DNA of 64,000 nucleotides, from NCBI GenBank assembly GCA_023701245.1, contig JAMPXK010000005.1, positions 385 to 64,384 of the forward strand, written 5' to 3'. Within the stretch, counting starts at the first letter, position 1. Every line of letters starts with the position of its first letter. This document shows, piece after piece, positions 17,343 through 26,648 of the stretch. Origin of the DNA: Elusimicrobiales bacterium (GTDB taxonomy: Bacteria > Elusimicrobiota > Elusimicrobia > Elusimicrobiales > UBA9959). Both the position numbers and the translations under genes were made by a program. Under the pieces are notes generated by a model. The model was not told the DNA's origin and did not search any database. It saw nothing but the letters and a program-made list of their open reading frames with translations.

Positions 17343-17852
17343 ATGGGGAACCTGAATAAAGTGATGCTGATAGGGCGGCTGACGCGCGACCCGGAGGTGA
17401 CGGAGTTCAAGAACGGGGGCAAGGTGGCCAACCTGGGCTTTGCCGTGCACAACCGCCGCAAGAACGCGCAGACCGGCGAGTGGGAGGAAGTGCCGGTGTG
17501 GGTGAGCATGAAGGCCTACAATCACGAGCATGGCCGCAAGCTCGCGGACCTGGCCGCCAGGCTGCACAAGGGGCGGCAGGTGTACGTGGAGGGGCACCTG
17601 GTGCTGGAGCAATGGGACGGCAAAGAGGACGGCAAGCACCATTCCCGGATGCTGGTGTACGTGGACGGCATAGAGTTCCTGGGCGGGGGAAAGCCCGGCG
17701 AAGGCCCGGGCGGCGGGGAAGCCGGCGCCCAGGCGGCGCCCGCGGACCATCTGCCGGGCGAGCACGTGGCAGACGCGGGCTGGCCGGAAGAACTGCCGGA
17801 AGAGCCCGCGGAACCCGCGCCCAGGGCGGCCAGGGGCAAGGGCCGCAAATAG
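17343..17852 (+). CDS. ssb: single-stranded DNA-binding protein
   Basis: OB-fold N-terminus NLNKVMLIGRLTRDPEV...VYVEGHL. The C-terminus ends RGKGRK rather than the acidic DDDIPF-type tip. Confidence 0.9.
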   Translation: MGNLNKVMLIGRLTRDPEVTEFKNGGKVANLGFAVHNRRKNAQTGEWEEVPVWVSMKAYNHEHGRKLADLAARLHKGRQVYVEGHLVLEQWDGKEDGKHHSRMLVYVDGIEFLGGGKPGEGPGGGEAGAQAAPADHLPGEHVADAGWPEELPEEPAEPAPRAARGKGRK

Positions 17853-17923
17853 GCGGCCGCGGCGGCCGGCCGTCGGGGGGGGCGGCCGGGCGCCCGGCGT
17901 GTTGGAAAAGATAATTGGCGGTC

Positions 17924-17953
17924 TTGACAAGAGACTGCCAGTTATGCTACACT
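17924..17953 (+). promoter_or_regulatory. sigma70-type promoter TTGACA-N18-TGcTACACT
   Basis: Read directly, upstream of the hsp20 pair. Confidence 0.6.
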
Positions 17954-18015
17954 ATATTTAGAACAGGCTACCTGCCTGGAAAACAAAAACCAAACCCAAA
18001 AGAGGTGACTCTACT

Positions 18016-18456
18016 ATGAACGACAAGAACATAGTTCCCCTCGTCAAAAGGTCAGCGGCGGCGCTGAGCTCTTTCGAATCCCTTGGAAGGGTTTTTGAGG
18101 ACCTCTTCGACCTGCCCGCTGTCAAAAGCGCCAACACGCCCCAGATGGACATCCGCGAGACGGATAAAGCCATAGAGGTGTCGGTGGCGCTGCCCGGGGT
18201 GGATAAAAAAGACATAAACCTGGACCTTACGGAGAACACGCTGGCCATCAGCTGCGAGCGCCGCGAGGAAAAGGAAGAGAAAGGCGACGGCGGCTACGTG
18301 CGCCGGGAGCAGAGCTACGGCCGCTTCTTCCGCTCTTTCACCCTTCCCGCGCCGGTGAAGACCGGCGAGGCGAAGGCCGAGTACAAGGACGGGGCTTTAA
18401 AGATAACCATGCCCAAGCAGAAGGTTTCCAAAGCCCGCCAGATAACCATAAGCTAA
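18016..18456 (+). CDS. Hsp20/alpha-crystallin small heat-shock protein
   Basis: MDIRETDKAIEVSVALPGV...AEYKDGALKITMPK. Confidence 0.9.
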   Translation: MNDKNIVPLVKRSAAALSSFESLGRVFEDLFDLPAVKSANTPQMDIRETDKAIEVSVALPGVDKKDINLDLTENTLAISCERREEKEEKGDGGYVRREQSYGRFFRSFTLPAPVKTGEAKAEYKDGALKITMPKQKVSKARQITIS

Positions 18457-18468
18457 GGAGTGATAAGT

Positions 18469-18909
18469 ATGAATACCGAAGTTGCCGCTATCGAAAAGGA
18501 CCTGCAGAAAATGCGGGACAATATCTACAACACGTTCGACGCTTTCCTGGGCGCGCGCAAGCCCCAGGCGGATACCGATTATATGGCCGAGTGGGTGCCC
18601 CCGGCGGACGTGACCGAGGACAAGGACGGGTTCACGCTGTACGTGGCCCTGCCCGGCGTGAAGAAAGAGGAGGTGGAGACGGAGATAAAAGACAATGTGC
18701 TGGTGATCAGCGGTAAGCGGGTGTGGGGGCCCGGGGCGCAGCAGAGCCTGGTGCGCCAGGAGATCCCCGCCGGCCGCTTCTACCGGGCCTTCAAGATAGG
18801 CGTGCAGGTGAAAGCCTCCGCGGTAAAAGCCGCCTTCAAGGACGGCATACTGGAGGTGCGCCTGCCCAAGAGCGAGGAGGCGAAACCCAACAAGATAAAG
18901 ATAGACTGA
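18469..18909 (+). CDS. Hsp20/alpha-crystallin small heat-shock protein (second copy)
   Basis: ADVTEDKDGFTLYVALPGV...AAFKDGILEVRLPK. AAGGAG RBS before ATG 18469. Confidence 0.9.
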   Translation: MNTEVAAIEKDLQKMRDNIYNTFDAFLGARKPQADTDYMAEWVPPADVTEDKDGFTLYVALPGVKKEEVETEIKDNVLVISGKRVWGPGAQQSLVRQEIPAGRFYRAFKIGVQVKASAVKAAFKDGILEVRLPKSEEAKPNKIKID

Positions 18910-18925
18910 AAAAGACTTAAGGAAA

Positions 18926-18958
18926 GGGCCGGGGCCGCGGGGCCCCGGTCTTTTTTTT
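18926..18958 (+). terminator. intrinsic terminator
   Basis: GC-rich hairpin (GGCCGGGGCC..GGCCCCGGTC) followed by T8. Confidence 0.75.
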
Positions 18959-19014
18959 GCCGGGTTTGTTTTGTAGACTTTCAGAGGGTCGGGTGAAAGA
19001 TACGGAGGGACAAT

Positions 19015-19518
19015 ATGGGAACACGCGGACGCGAAATTATAGGGATGGACGTGGACAAGCTGTTGGGCCTGCTCAACAAGGCTTTTGCCAGCGAATGGCT
19101 GGCTTATTACCAGTACTGGCTGGGCGCCAAAGTTATAAAGGGCCCCATGAAAGACGCCGTGGCGGCGGAGCTTAACCTGCACGCCACCGAGGAACTTACG
19201 CACGCCACGCTGCTGGCCGGGCGCATAATACAGTTGGGCGGCACCCCGGTGCTGAGCCCGCAGGGCTGGGTGCAGGAAACCCCCTGCAAGTACGACGCGC
19301 CGGCGGATCCGTACGTGGCCGTGCTGCTGGACCAGAACATAGCCGGCGAACAGTGCGCCATCAGCACCTACAAGGCCCTGATGGACGCCACCAAGGACAA
19401 GGACATGGTGACTTACAACATGGCCCTGACCATCCTGGAGCAGGAAGTGGAGCACGAAGAAGACCTGCAGAGCCTGCGCGAAGACCTGGACCTGATGGTG
19501 CAGCGCGGCAGCAAGTAG
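19015..19518 (+). CDS. ferritin-like (bacterioferritin/Dps-like) protein
   Basis: Four-helix ferritin-like pattern with E..H pairs (ATEELTHA, EQEVEHEEDL). TTTGTAGACT -10 at 18971-18979. Confidence 0.75.
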   Translation: MGTRGREIIGMDVDKLLGLLNKAFASEWLAYYQYWLGAKVIKGPMKDAVAAELNLHATEELTHATLLAGRIIQLGGTPVLSPQGWVQETPCKYDAPADPYVAVLLDQNIAGEQCAISTYKALMDATKDKDMVTYNMALTILEQEVEHEEDLQSLREDLDLMVQRGSK

Positions 19519-19579
19519 GCCGGTCCTTTTTTCCGCCCCTGTCTAATTTTGTAGACTTTTAGCAGGTTAGGGGGGACTT

Positions 19580-19987
19580 GTGAAAAAAGATAAAGATTAC
19601 GATCAGGACGCGGAGCTGGCCAAAGGCGCGGACCTGACGGCCGAATCCTACGACAAGACGCAGGGTGTGGCCGTGGCCGCGGGCAAGGTTACCGTGGGCG
19701 GCAAGGCGGGCCTGGTGGAATTCACCGGGGACGCCACCGGCCGCGACGGCGCCGGCATAGACGGCACCATGAGCCTGTGGCTTTCCATCTTCCGCTACAA
19801 GCGGCCCGACGGCACCGTTAACCACGTGGCCGGCTGGAACATAATGCTGGCGCTGAAGGCCGGGCAGACCGCGCTGGATACCGCGCTGGCTTTCGAGACC
19901 TATATAAACGCGGGCAAGCGCCCGTACCGGGCCAAGGCCTCCGGGGACAGCGACAAGGCCGCGGTCTCCATTACTTACAAGGGATGA
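19580..19987 (+). CDS. hypothetical protein
   Basis: GTG start after a GGGGGG RBS, with a CTAATTTTGTAGACTTTT promoter box upstream. No family recognised. Confidence 0.55.
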   Translation: MKKDKDYDQDAELAKGADLTAESYDKTQGVAVAAGKVTVGGKAGLVEFTGDATGRDGAGIDGTMSLWLSIFRYKRPDGTVNHVAGWNIMLALKAGQTALDTALAFETYINAGKRPYRAKASGDSDKAAVSITYKG

Positions 19988-19991
19988 CACC

Positions 19992-20522
19992 ATGAAAAAT
20001 TACCTGACCGCGTTCTTTGCCTGCCTGCTGGCGGGCTGCGCCACCGCGCCGCCCAAGGGGGTGGAGGTGGTGGAGAACTTCGACCTGACGCGCTACCTGG
20101 GCACCTGGCACGAAATAGCCCGCCTGGACCACTCCTTCGAGCGGGGGCTTACCAGCGTTACGGCGGAATACTCCATGCGCGAGGACGGCGGCGTGCGCGT
20201 GCTCAATCGCGGCTACAGCCTGCCCAAGAAAAAGTGGAAGCAGGCGGAAGGCCGCGCCTACTTTACCGGCGACCCCAAGACCGGCGCCCTGAAGGTGAGC
20301 TTTTTCCGGCCTTTCTACGGCGGCTACAACATAATAGAACTGGCCGGGGACTACAGCTACGCGCTGGTGGCCGGCCCCACCCGGGAATACCTGTGGATCC
20401 TGGCCCGCACCCCGGAACTGCCCAATATCACGCTGGAGATGCTGGTGACCAAGGCCCGGGTGCTGGGCTTTCCCGCGGAAGAGCTGATCTTTCCCGGCAA
20501 CCGCGCGCCCGCCGCGCCTTGA
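19992..20522 (+). CDS. blc: bacterial lipocalin (Blc-like lipoprotein)
   Basis: Lipobox LLAGC. YLGTWHEIARLDHSFERG is characteristic of Blc. Confidence 0.85.
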   Translation: MKNYLTAFFACLLAGCATAPPKGVEVVENFDLTRYLGTWHEIARLDHSFERGLTSVTAEYSMREDGGVRVLNRGYSLPKKKWKQAEGRAYFTGDPKTGALKVSFFRPFYGGYNIIELAGDYSYALVAGPTREYLWILARTPELPNITLEMLVTKARVLGFPAEELIFPGNRAPAAP

Positions 20523-20575
20523 CAGAAAACTCCTTCAATTTTAAAATAATTCCCGTAGTACGATAAGGAGGGCTA

Positions 20576-21664
20576 ATGAAAAAACTTCTTATTACGGCCG
20601 GCCTGGCCGCGCTTTGCGCGGGGCCGGCTTTTTCACAGGAAGACGCGTTGAAGGTGCAGCAGGCCTTTAACGCCGTGGCCGCCGCCGCCCGGCCGGCCGT
20701 GGTGAGCATAAAGGTGCTGCGCGAGGAAGTGGAGCGCGTGGTGGCGCCGGAATTCTACTTTGGCCACCTGGTGCCGGTGGAGCGCTACTACAAGTACGAC
20801 TCCGGCGGCCTAGGTTCGGGCGTGCTGGTGGACCCGGCGGGCTATGTGCTCACCAACGAGCACGTGGTGGGCGGCGCGGACCGTATCCAGGTCATCATGA
20901 AGGGGGCCGACGGCCGCGAGAAGAAGTACGTGGCCGAGGTGGCCGCCAGCGACCAGCGCCTGGACCTGGCCGTGCTGCGCATCAGGTCCAAGGACAAATT
21001 CCCGGCGCTGAAATTCGCGGAAGGGCCGGCCAAGGTGGGCGACTGGGCCCTGGCGGTGGGGTACCCTTTCGGCTTCAGGCAGACCATGACGTCGGGCATA
21101 GTGTCGGCTACGGACCTGAGCATGCGCATACAGGGCCGGCGCTACGCGCGGCTGCTGCAGACCGACGCCGCCATAAACCAGGGCAATTCCGGCGGGCCGC
21201 TGCTGAACCTTAAAGGGGAGATCATCGGCATAAATTCCGCCATCTTTTCCCCGTCGGGGGCTTTCGCGGGGATGGGGTTCGCCATACCGGCGCAGGAGGC
21301 GCGGCGCGCCTACGAGGAATTCCTGGGGCTGAAGCCCGCCCGGCGCGGCTGGCTGGGCGTGGCCCTGGCCGAGATGGACCCCGCGGCCGCGGCGCGGCTG
21401 GGGGTGCCCGCCGGCGCCATGGTGGCCCGCGTAATGCCCGGGTCCCCGGCGCAGGCGGCCAGGCTGCGGCGCGGCGACATCGTGGTGACTTTCGACGGGG
21501 AAGAAGTGCAGGACGAGGCCGACCTGCTGAGCTTCATCTATTCCCGCAAGCCGGGCGACAAGGTGGAGCTGGGGTATTACCGCGGCGGCGCGGTGAACCG
21601 GGCGCAGGCGGTGCTGGGAGAGCAGCAGGCGGCCCCGGCCGCAAAGGAGGACTTCGACTATTAG
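20576..21664 (+). CDS. HtrA/DegP-family serine protease with PDZ domain
   Basis: TNEHVV, DLAVLRI, GNSGGPLLN catalytic triad motifs and a C-terminal PDZ-like region. Confidence 0.9.
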   Translation: MKKLLITAGLAALCAGPAFSQEDALKVQQAFNAVAAAARPAVVSIKVLREEVERVVAPEFYFGHLVPVERYYKYDSGGLGSGVLVDPAGYVLTNEHVVGGADRIQVIMKGADGREKKYVAEVAASDQRLDLAVLRIRSKDKFPALKFAEGPAKVGDWALAVGYPFGFRQTMTSGIVSATDLSMRIQGRRYARLLQTDAAINQGNSGGPLLNLKGEIIGINSAIFSPSGAFAGMGFAIPAQEARRAYEEFLGLKPARRGWLGVALAEMDPAAAARLGVPAGAMVARVMPGSPAQAARLRRGDIVVTFDGEEVQDEADLLSFIYSRKPGDKVELGYYRGGAVNRAQAVLGEQQAAPAAKEDFDY

Positions 21665-21722
21665 GCCCGGCGGCAAGTTTGGTATAGTCAGGGTAGAAGC
21701 CAATTTACCAAGGAGTATTACC

Positions 21723-22034
21723 ATGAAAAAAGAAAAAGTAATAGGTGCGGGCATAGGGCTGGCCGCGTTGGCCGCTATCGGCGCGTACTTCCTTACCGGC
21801 AAGCGCGGCGCCAAGAACCGGGAGATCATCGCCGGCTGGACGCTCAAGATGAAAGGCGAGATCCTGGAGAAAGTGGAGAAAGTGAAATCCATGGACCGCG
21901 AAGACTACGAAAAGATCGTGGACGAAGTGGCCGCCAAGTACGCCAAGCTGGAGAAGGTGGGCGCGGCCGAGATCAAGAGCCTCACCGCCGAGCTCAAGCA
22001 GGGCTGGGCGCATCTCGCCAAGCAGATGAAGTAG
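21723..22034 (+). CDS. YtxH-like small membrane-anchored protein
   Basis: N-terminal TM followed by a KE-rich helix. Confidence 0.55.
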   Translation: MKKEKVIGAGIGLAALAAIGAYFLTGKRGAKNREIIAGWTLKMKGEILEKVEKVKSMDREDYEKIVDEVAAKYAKLEKVGAAEIKSLTAELKQGWAHLAKQMK

Positions 22035-22057
22035 ACGGCTGCCTGCAAAGGCGCAAG

Positions 22058-22090
22058 GCCGCCCGGGACGTCCCGGGCGGCTTTTGTTTT
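22058..22090 (+). terminator. intrinsic terminator
   Basis: GCCGCCCGGGAcgTCCCGGGCGGC followed by TTTTGTTTT. Confidence 0.8.
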
Positions 22091-22116
22091 GGAGGGCAGA
22101 GTTATATAATTAGGAT

Positions 22117-23511
22117 ATGGTAAAACTCACCGATGTTAACTCCAAACTTTTAAAAGCCCATTACGCCGTGCGCGGCAAGATAGTGAACCGCGCCCAGGAA
22201 CTGGAAGGCAAGGGCCGCAAGATAATTTACTGCAACATAGGCAATCCCCAGGCGCTCAAGCAGAAGCCGCTGACCTTCGTGCGGCAGGTGCTGAGCCTGC
22301 TGGAATACCCGGCGCTCATGGACTCGCCCGAAGCCGCCCGGCTGTTCCCGGCGGACGCCGTAAAGCGCGCGCGGGCCATACTGGCGCATAACCCCAGCGG
22401 CACCGGGGCCTACACGCAGAGCGCGGGCATTCCCTTTATCCGCAAGGCCATAGCGGATTTCATCCACCACCGCGACGGCATCCCGGCCGACATGAACCGC
22501 GTGCTGCTTACCGACGGGGCCTCCAAGGGCGTGCAGGCGGCCTTTACCCTGCTCACCAACAAGCCCAACGACGGCTACATGATCCCCATCCCGCAGTACC
22601 CGCTCTACAGCGCCACCATAGAGCTTTACGGCGCGCGGCAGATAAATTATTTCCTGGACGAGAACGCCGGCTGGCAGCTTAACGAGAAAGAGCTGAACGC
22701 CAGCCACGAAGCCGCCAAAAAGAACGGCATAAACCCCGTGGCCATAGCCGTCATCAACCCTGGCAACCCCACGGGCGCGCTGCTGTCGCACGAGAACATA
22801 GAGATGGTGGTGCGCTTCGCGCGCAAGCACGGCCTGGCCATACTGGCCGACGAGGTGTACCAGGAGAACGTCTACGCGGCGGGCAAAAAGTTCGTCTCTT
22901 TCGCCAAGGTCATGCACGACATGGGCGAGACCGAGACCACCCTGTTCAGTTTCCACTCCGTGTCCAAGGGCTTCCTGGGCGAATGCGGCCACCGCGGCGG
23001 CTACATGGAAGTGCGCAACATGTCCGACGAGGTTTACGCGGAGCTGGTGAAGCTGCAGAGCATAGGCCTGTGCTCCAACGTGGACGGGCAGATAGTGACG
23101 TACCTGATGGTGGCGCCGCCGGTAAAAGGCGACGAGAGCTACGAGCTGTACGTGAAAGAGCGCGACGGCATCCTGGGCGACCTGAAGGAAAAGGCCGGCA
23201 TCCTGGGCAAAGGGCTTTCCGCCATTCCCGGCATGCACATAGACATCCCCCAGGGCGCCATGTACGCTTTTGTGCGCTTCGACCTGCCGCACCAGGCCGG
23301 CGCCGACCCGGCCGCGCTGGACAACGATTACTGCATGAGCCTGCTGGAGGAGACCGGCATCTGCGTGGTGCCCGGGTCCGGCTTCGGCCAGGCGCCCGGC
23401 ACGCTGCATTTCCGCACCACCTTCCTGCCGCCCAAGGACGACATAAAGGAACTGGTGGAGAAAATGCGCGTGTTCCACACGGCTTACGCCGCCGGCCTGG
23501 CGAAAAAATAG
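22117..23511 (+). CDS. alanine aminotransferase-type class I/II aminotransferase
   Basis: NPGNPTG and SVSKGFLGECGHRGGY (PLP lysine motif of the ALT subfamily). Confidence 0.85.
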   Translation: MVKLTDVNSKLLKAHYAVRGKIVNRAQELEGKGRKIIYCNIGNPQALKQKPLTFVRQVLSLLEYPALMDSPEAARLFPADAVKRARAILAHNPSGTGAYTQSAGIPFIRKAIADFIHHRDGIPADMNRVLLTDGASKGVQAAFTLLTNKPNDGYMIPIPQYPLYSATIELYGARQINYFLDENAGWQLNEKELNASHEAAKKNGINPVAIAVINPGNPTGALLSHENIEMVVRFARKHGLAILADEVYQENVYAAGKKFVSFAKVMHDMGETETTLFSFHSVSKGFLGECGHRGGYMEVRNMSDEVYAELVKLQSIGLCSNVDGQIVTYLMVAPPVKGDESYELYVKERDGILGDLKEKAGILGKGLSAIPGMHIDIPQGAMYAFVRFDLPHQAGADPAALDNDYCMSLLEETGICVVPGSGFGQAPGTLHFRTTFLPPKDDIKELVEKMRVFHTAYAAGLAKK

Positions 23512-23533
23512 CCCGCCGCAGGGACGGGCCGCG

Positions 23534-23561
23534 ACCGCCGGGGAGACCCGGCGGTTTTTTT
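23534..23561 (+). terminator. intrinsic terminator
   Basis: ACCGCCGGG-gaga-CCCGGCGGT followed by T7. Confidence 0.8.
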
Positions 23562-24558
23562 ACGCCTGGCGGGCGGGGGCGTCTTTCAATTTGTCGTAGA
23601 GGGTTTCGAACTGCGGGGCCACGCGCCGGAAGATCTCCAGGATCTTCGGCTCGAAATGCTCCGGCTTCAGGCGCTCGTCGCCCTGCGTGATGATGCGCAC
23701 GGCGCCGGCGTGGTCGTAGCAGGGCTTGTACACGCGGGAGTTGCGCAGGGCGTCGTAGCAGTCCGCGATGGCCACTATGCGGGCCTCCAGCGGTATGGCC
23801 TCGCCTTTAAGGCCGGCGGGGTAGCCGGTGCCGTCCCACTTTTCGTGGTGGCAGAGGGCTATGCGCTTGCCGAACTCCAGGTGCGGGTGGTCGCCTATGA
23901 TGACGGCGCCCCAGGCCGAATGCTTCTTCATCTCGTCCATCTCGGCGCCTTCCAGGGGGCCGGCTTTCTGCAGGATGTGGCTGGGCACGTGCACCTTGCC
24001 CACGTCGTGCAGGGTGGCCTGCAGGCGGATGTTCTCTATGAATTTTTCCGGCAGGCCCAGTTCGCGCGCTATCAGGGCGGAATATTCGCCCACGCGCAGG
24101 ATGTGGTTGCCGGTATCTATGTCGTTGGCCTCGGCGGCGCGGGCCAGGGCGTGGATAAGGTAGGTGAACGCGTCCTCGTATTCGCGCGAAGTCAGGATGT
24201 TCCTGACGCGCAGCTGCAGTTCCGCCGGGTCCACGGGCTTGGAGAGGAATTCGTCGGCGCCGGCTTCCATGCTTTTGAGCTTGCTGTCGCGGGAGTCCAG
24301 GGAGGTGATCATCACCACGGGGATGTGCTTGAGGTCGGCCTCGGCGCGGATGGCGCGGCACAGCTCGTAGCCGTTCATGACGGGCATGTTGATGTCGGCC
24401 AGCACCAGGTCTATGTTCTTGCGGGAGAGGATCTCCAGGGCCGCTTTGCCGTCCAGCGCGGTGACCACCTCGTAGCCGCCGGGGGCCAGGAGGGTCTCGA
24501 GGAGCTCCAGGTTGAAGTCCTCGTCGTCCACGCAGAGGATGCGGTACGCGCGCTGCAT
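23560..24558 (-). CDS. response regulator with HD-GYP domain (RpfG-like c-di-GMP phosphodiesterase)
   Basis: Receiver ILCVDDE..DLVLADINMP, HD domain LHDVGK, HHEKWDGTGYP. Confidence 0.9.
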   Translation of the reverse strand: MQRAYRILCVDDEDFNLELLETLLAPGGYEVVTALDGKAALEILSRKNIDLVLADINMPVMNGYELCRAIRAEADLKHIPVVMITSLDSRDSKLKSMEAGADEFLSKPVDPAELQLRVRNILTSREYEDAFTYLIHALARAAEANDIDTGNHILRVGEYSALIARELGLPEKFIENIRLQATLHDVGKVHVPSHILQKAGPLEGAEMDEMKKHSAWGAVIIGDHPHLEFGKRIALCHHEKWDGTGYPAGLKGEAIPLEARIVAIADCYDALRNSRVYKPCYDHAGAVRIITQGDERLKPEHFEPKILEIFRRVAPQFETLYDKLKDAPARQA

Positions 24559-24594
24559 TCTTTGATTCTACCTAATTTTTTATATCATTGAGTT

Positions 24595-25254
24595 ATGAAC
24601 CGCGCAGGAGTGCTTGCCGCCATAGCCGCCGCCGGGCTGCCGCCGGCCGTGGCCGCTTATCTGGCCGCGTTCGCCGCGGGGCGGGCGCCGTCGCAGCTGC
24701 GGCGGGACCTCAAGCGCGCCCCGGCCGAGGTGGCCGGCGGCTTGGCCGCCCTCCTGCGCCAGGCCGCGGCCGTGCTGGCCCGCCCGCCGGAGAGCGTGCT
24801 GTTCGAGACCGGTTTCTGTCCCAACAACCTGGCGCCGGAGCGGCTGGAAGCGGCCATGGCGGAGCTGCGCGCCGCCGTCTTCCTGGCCGCCGAAGGCTTC
24901 CAGGAGATCCGCCTGCTGCCGCCCTGCAAAAGCCGCAGCGCGGACCTGGCGGCCCGGCGCGGCGCCGCCGCCTACGCTTTCGAAGTGCGCCGCGTGGGCG
25001 AGGGCGCCGCGCTGCCGGCCCTGGCGGGCAAATGCCGGGACAAGCTGCGGCAGGCGGCCGTGTCGCGCAAGCGCGGCGGGCTCACCCATTGCGGCGTCAT
25101 CCTTGTGACGGGGGCGGGCGGCTTCGGCCCGCTGGCCCGCGCGCCGCGCCAGGAGGCCGCCGCGGCCGGGGTGTACGCCGCCGCCGGCAGCCCGGCCCGC
25201 GCGCATGTCTGCCTGCTGGCCGGCGGCCTTTGCGGCGTCTGGCCCGCCTGGTAG
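24595..25254 (+). CDS. hypothetical Ala/Arg-rich protein
   Basis: 219-aa ORF divergent from the HD-GYP gene. The -10 (TATATC/TATCAT) lies 6-8 nt before the ATG. No family recognised; it could be over-called in this GC-rich DNA. Confidence 0.45.
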   Translation: MNRAGVLAAIAAAGLPPAVAAYLAAFAAGRAPSQLRRDLKRAPAEVAGGLAALLRQAAAVLARPPESVLFETGFCPNNLAPERLEAAMAELRAAVFLAAEGFQEIRLLPPCKSRSADLAARRGAAAYAFEVRRVGEGAALPALAGKCRDKLRQAAVSRKRGGLTHCGVILVTGAGGFGPLARAPRQEAAAAGVYAAAGSPARAHVCLLAGGLCGVWPAW

Positions 25255-25411
25255 TTGACGGTTGACGTGGGCTTTACGGCCCAGTTGCGGCTGGGTCCAA
25301 AAAATGCGCCGCCGGGGCCGGAAGGCACTTTCAATTCATCGTTCAATGTGTAACAATAGTTACATAGCCGGGGGGCTAATAAGGGTGGGGGCATGTTGGT
25401 GAAGGGGAAAC

Positions 25412-25765
25412 ATGCCTGCAAAGATACTGGTAACCGACGACGACGCGGCGATGCTGAAGCTGTACAAGAGGCTTTTCGCCGAAGCCGACTATTCCGTGAC
25501 CCTCGCCGCCAGCGTGGCGGAGGCTTCCACGCTTATCACTACCAACACCTACGACCTGCTGATAACGGATTATGAACTGCAGGACGGCAAGGGCACCGAC
25601 CTGATAGCCCTCTTCAAGGAAAAACGGGCCAAGGCCAAGACTTTCCTGGTTACGGGGTCCGCTACCGTGGACAACCGCCCGCCGCATGCCGGGCTGGACG
25701 GCTACTTCGAAAAACCTTTCAACGTGCAGGCCTTTATGGCCGCCGTGCAGCAGGCGCTGTCCTGA
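25412..25765 (+). CDS. single-domain response regulator (CheY-like receiver)
   Basis: KILVTDDD...DLLITDYELQDGKG...VTG. Confidence 0.85.
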   Translation: MPAKILVTDDDAAMLKLYKRLFAEADYSVTLAASVAEASTLITTNTYDLLITDYELQDGKGTDLIALFKEKRAKAKTFLVTGSATVDNRPPHAGLDGYFEKPFNVQAFMAAVQQALS

Positions 25766-25779
25766 AACGGCGGGGCGTG

Positions 25780-25811
25780 AAAAAGCCGGTCCCGGGGGAC
25801 CGGCTTTTTTA
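25780..25811. terminator. bidirectional intrinsic terminator
   Basis: AAAAAGCCGGTCCCgggGGACCGGCTTTTTT sits between convergent genes. Confidence 0.8.
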
Positions 25812-26591
25812 TTTGCCGCGGGCCAGCGTCAGCCGCAGGGTCTCTTTTTCCAGGTCGGCCAGGGAGTCGTAGGGCAGCAAGGTAAGAGGGGTGCCCGCCA
25901 GGATGGCCAGCAGGCCGGCGTTCTTCCAGGCGGTTGGGGCGAAGGCCGCCAGCTCCGCGCAGAGCAGCCTGAAGTTCACCTGGCTGGAGTAGGTCTTCTT
26001 CTCTTTCAGGCCTGAAAAATCCAGGTCCCCGGAAACCAGGCGCAGGCGCGTCGCGCCGCCGTCCAGGACCAGGTCCAGGTAGAATTCCATCTCCGAGCTT
26101 TTCACTTCTTTCTTGATCTCCCTGGTCTTGCCCATGCCTATGGGCAGGCCCGTTACCGCCATGATGCCCAGCCGCACGGCCTTTTCCTTGGACGACGGGC
26201 CCTCGGTGGTCTGCACCAGGCGGGAGGACTCGGTCTTTATGGGGGCGGCGGCCAGCACGGCCAGGGCCTGCGGGGCGCAGGAGAGCGCGGCGGCCTCGCC
26301 GGTGAACACCGCGGCGCCGTCTTCGAAAACGACTTTTTTCACGCGCAGCGGCGCGGGCAGGGGAGTGGCGTTCTCCGCCGGCACCTCCAGCACGCGTACC
26401 CCGAAGGCGGCGCAGTCCGCCGCCAGCGCGGCGGCGGCCGCGGCGTCCAGGTTCTCGCCCAGTATGCCCCAGCAGTGGCGCGCCTCTTTGGCGGCGGTGT
26501 CCGCGTCCAGTTTGCGCCCCGCGGACATGGCCCTGACCAGCAGGGGGAAAGCGGGCAGGCGTTCTTCGGCGGTTATGACCAGGCGGCTCAT
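25809..26591 (-). CDS. hypothetical protein
   Basis: 260-aa ORF flanked by a terminator and a divergent promoter region. No family recognised. Confidence 0.55.
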   Translation of the reverse strand: MSRLVITAEERLPAFPLLVRAMSAGRKLDADTAAKEARHCWGILGENLDAAAAAALAADCAAFGVRVLEVPAENATPLPAPLRVKKVVFEDGAAVFTGEAAALSCAPQALAVLAAAPIKTESSRLVQTTEGPSSKEKAVRLGIMAVTGLPIGMGKTREIKKEVKSSEMEFYLDLVLDGGATRLRLVSGDLDFSGLKEKKTYSSQVNFRLLCAELAAFAPTAWKNAGLLAILAGTPLTLLPYDSLADLEKETLRLTLARGK

Positions 26592-26648
26592 TGCCTTATT
26601 CTAACAAATGGGGCTATAATTAAGGTGACAGTACACGGGAGACCCTAA

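Noticed and set aside
17958-18015. Possible RNA thermometer or CIRCE in the hsp20 5' UTR
   Set aside because: Only a weak 5-bp hairpin (CAGGC/GCCUG) is present. There is no CIRCE inverted repeat and no ROSE-like SD-masking structure that I could fold by eye.
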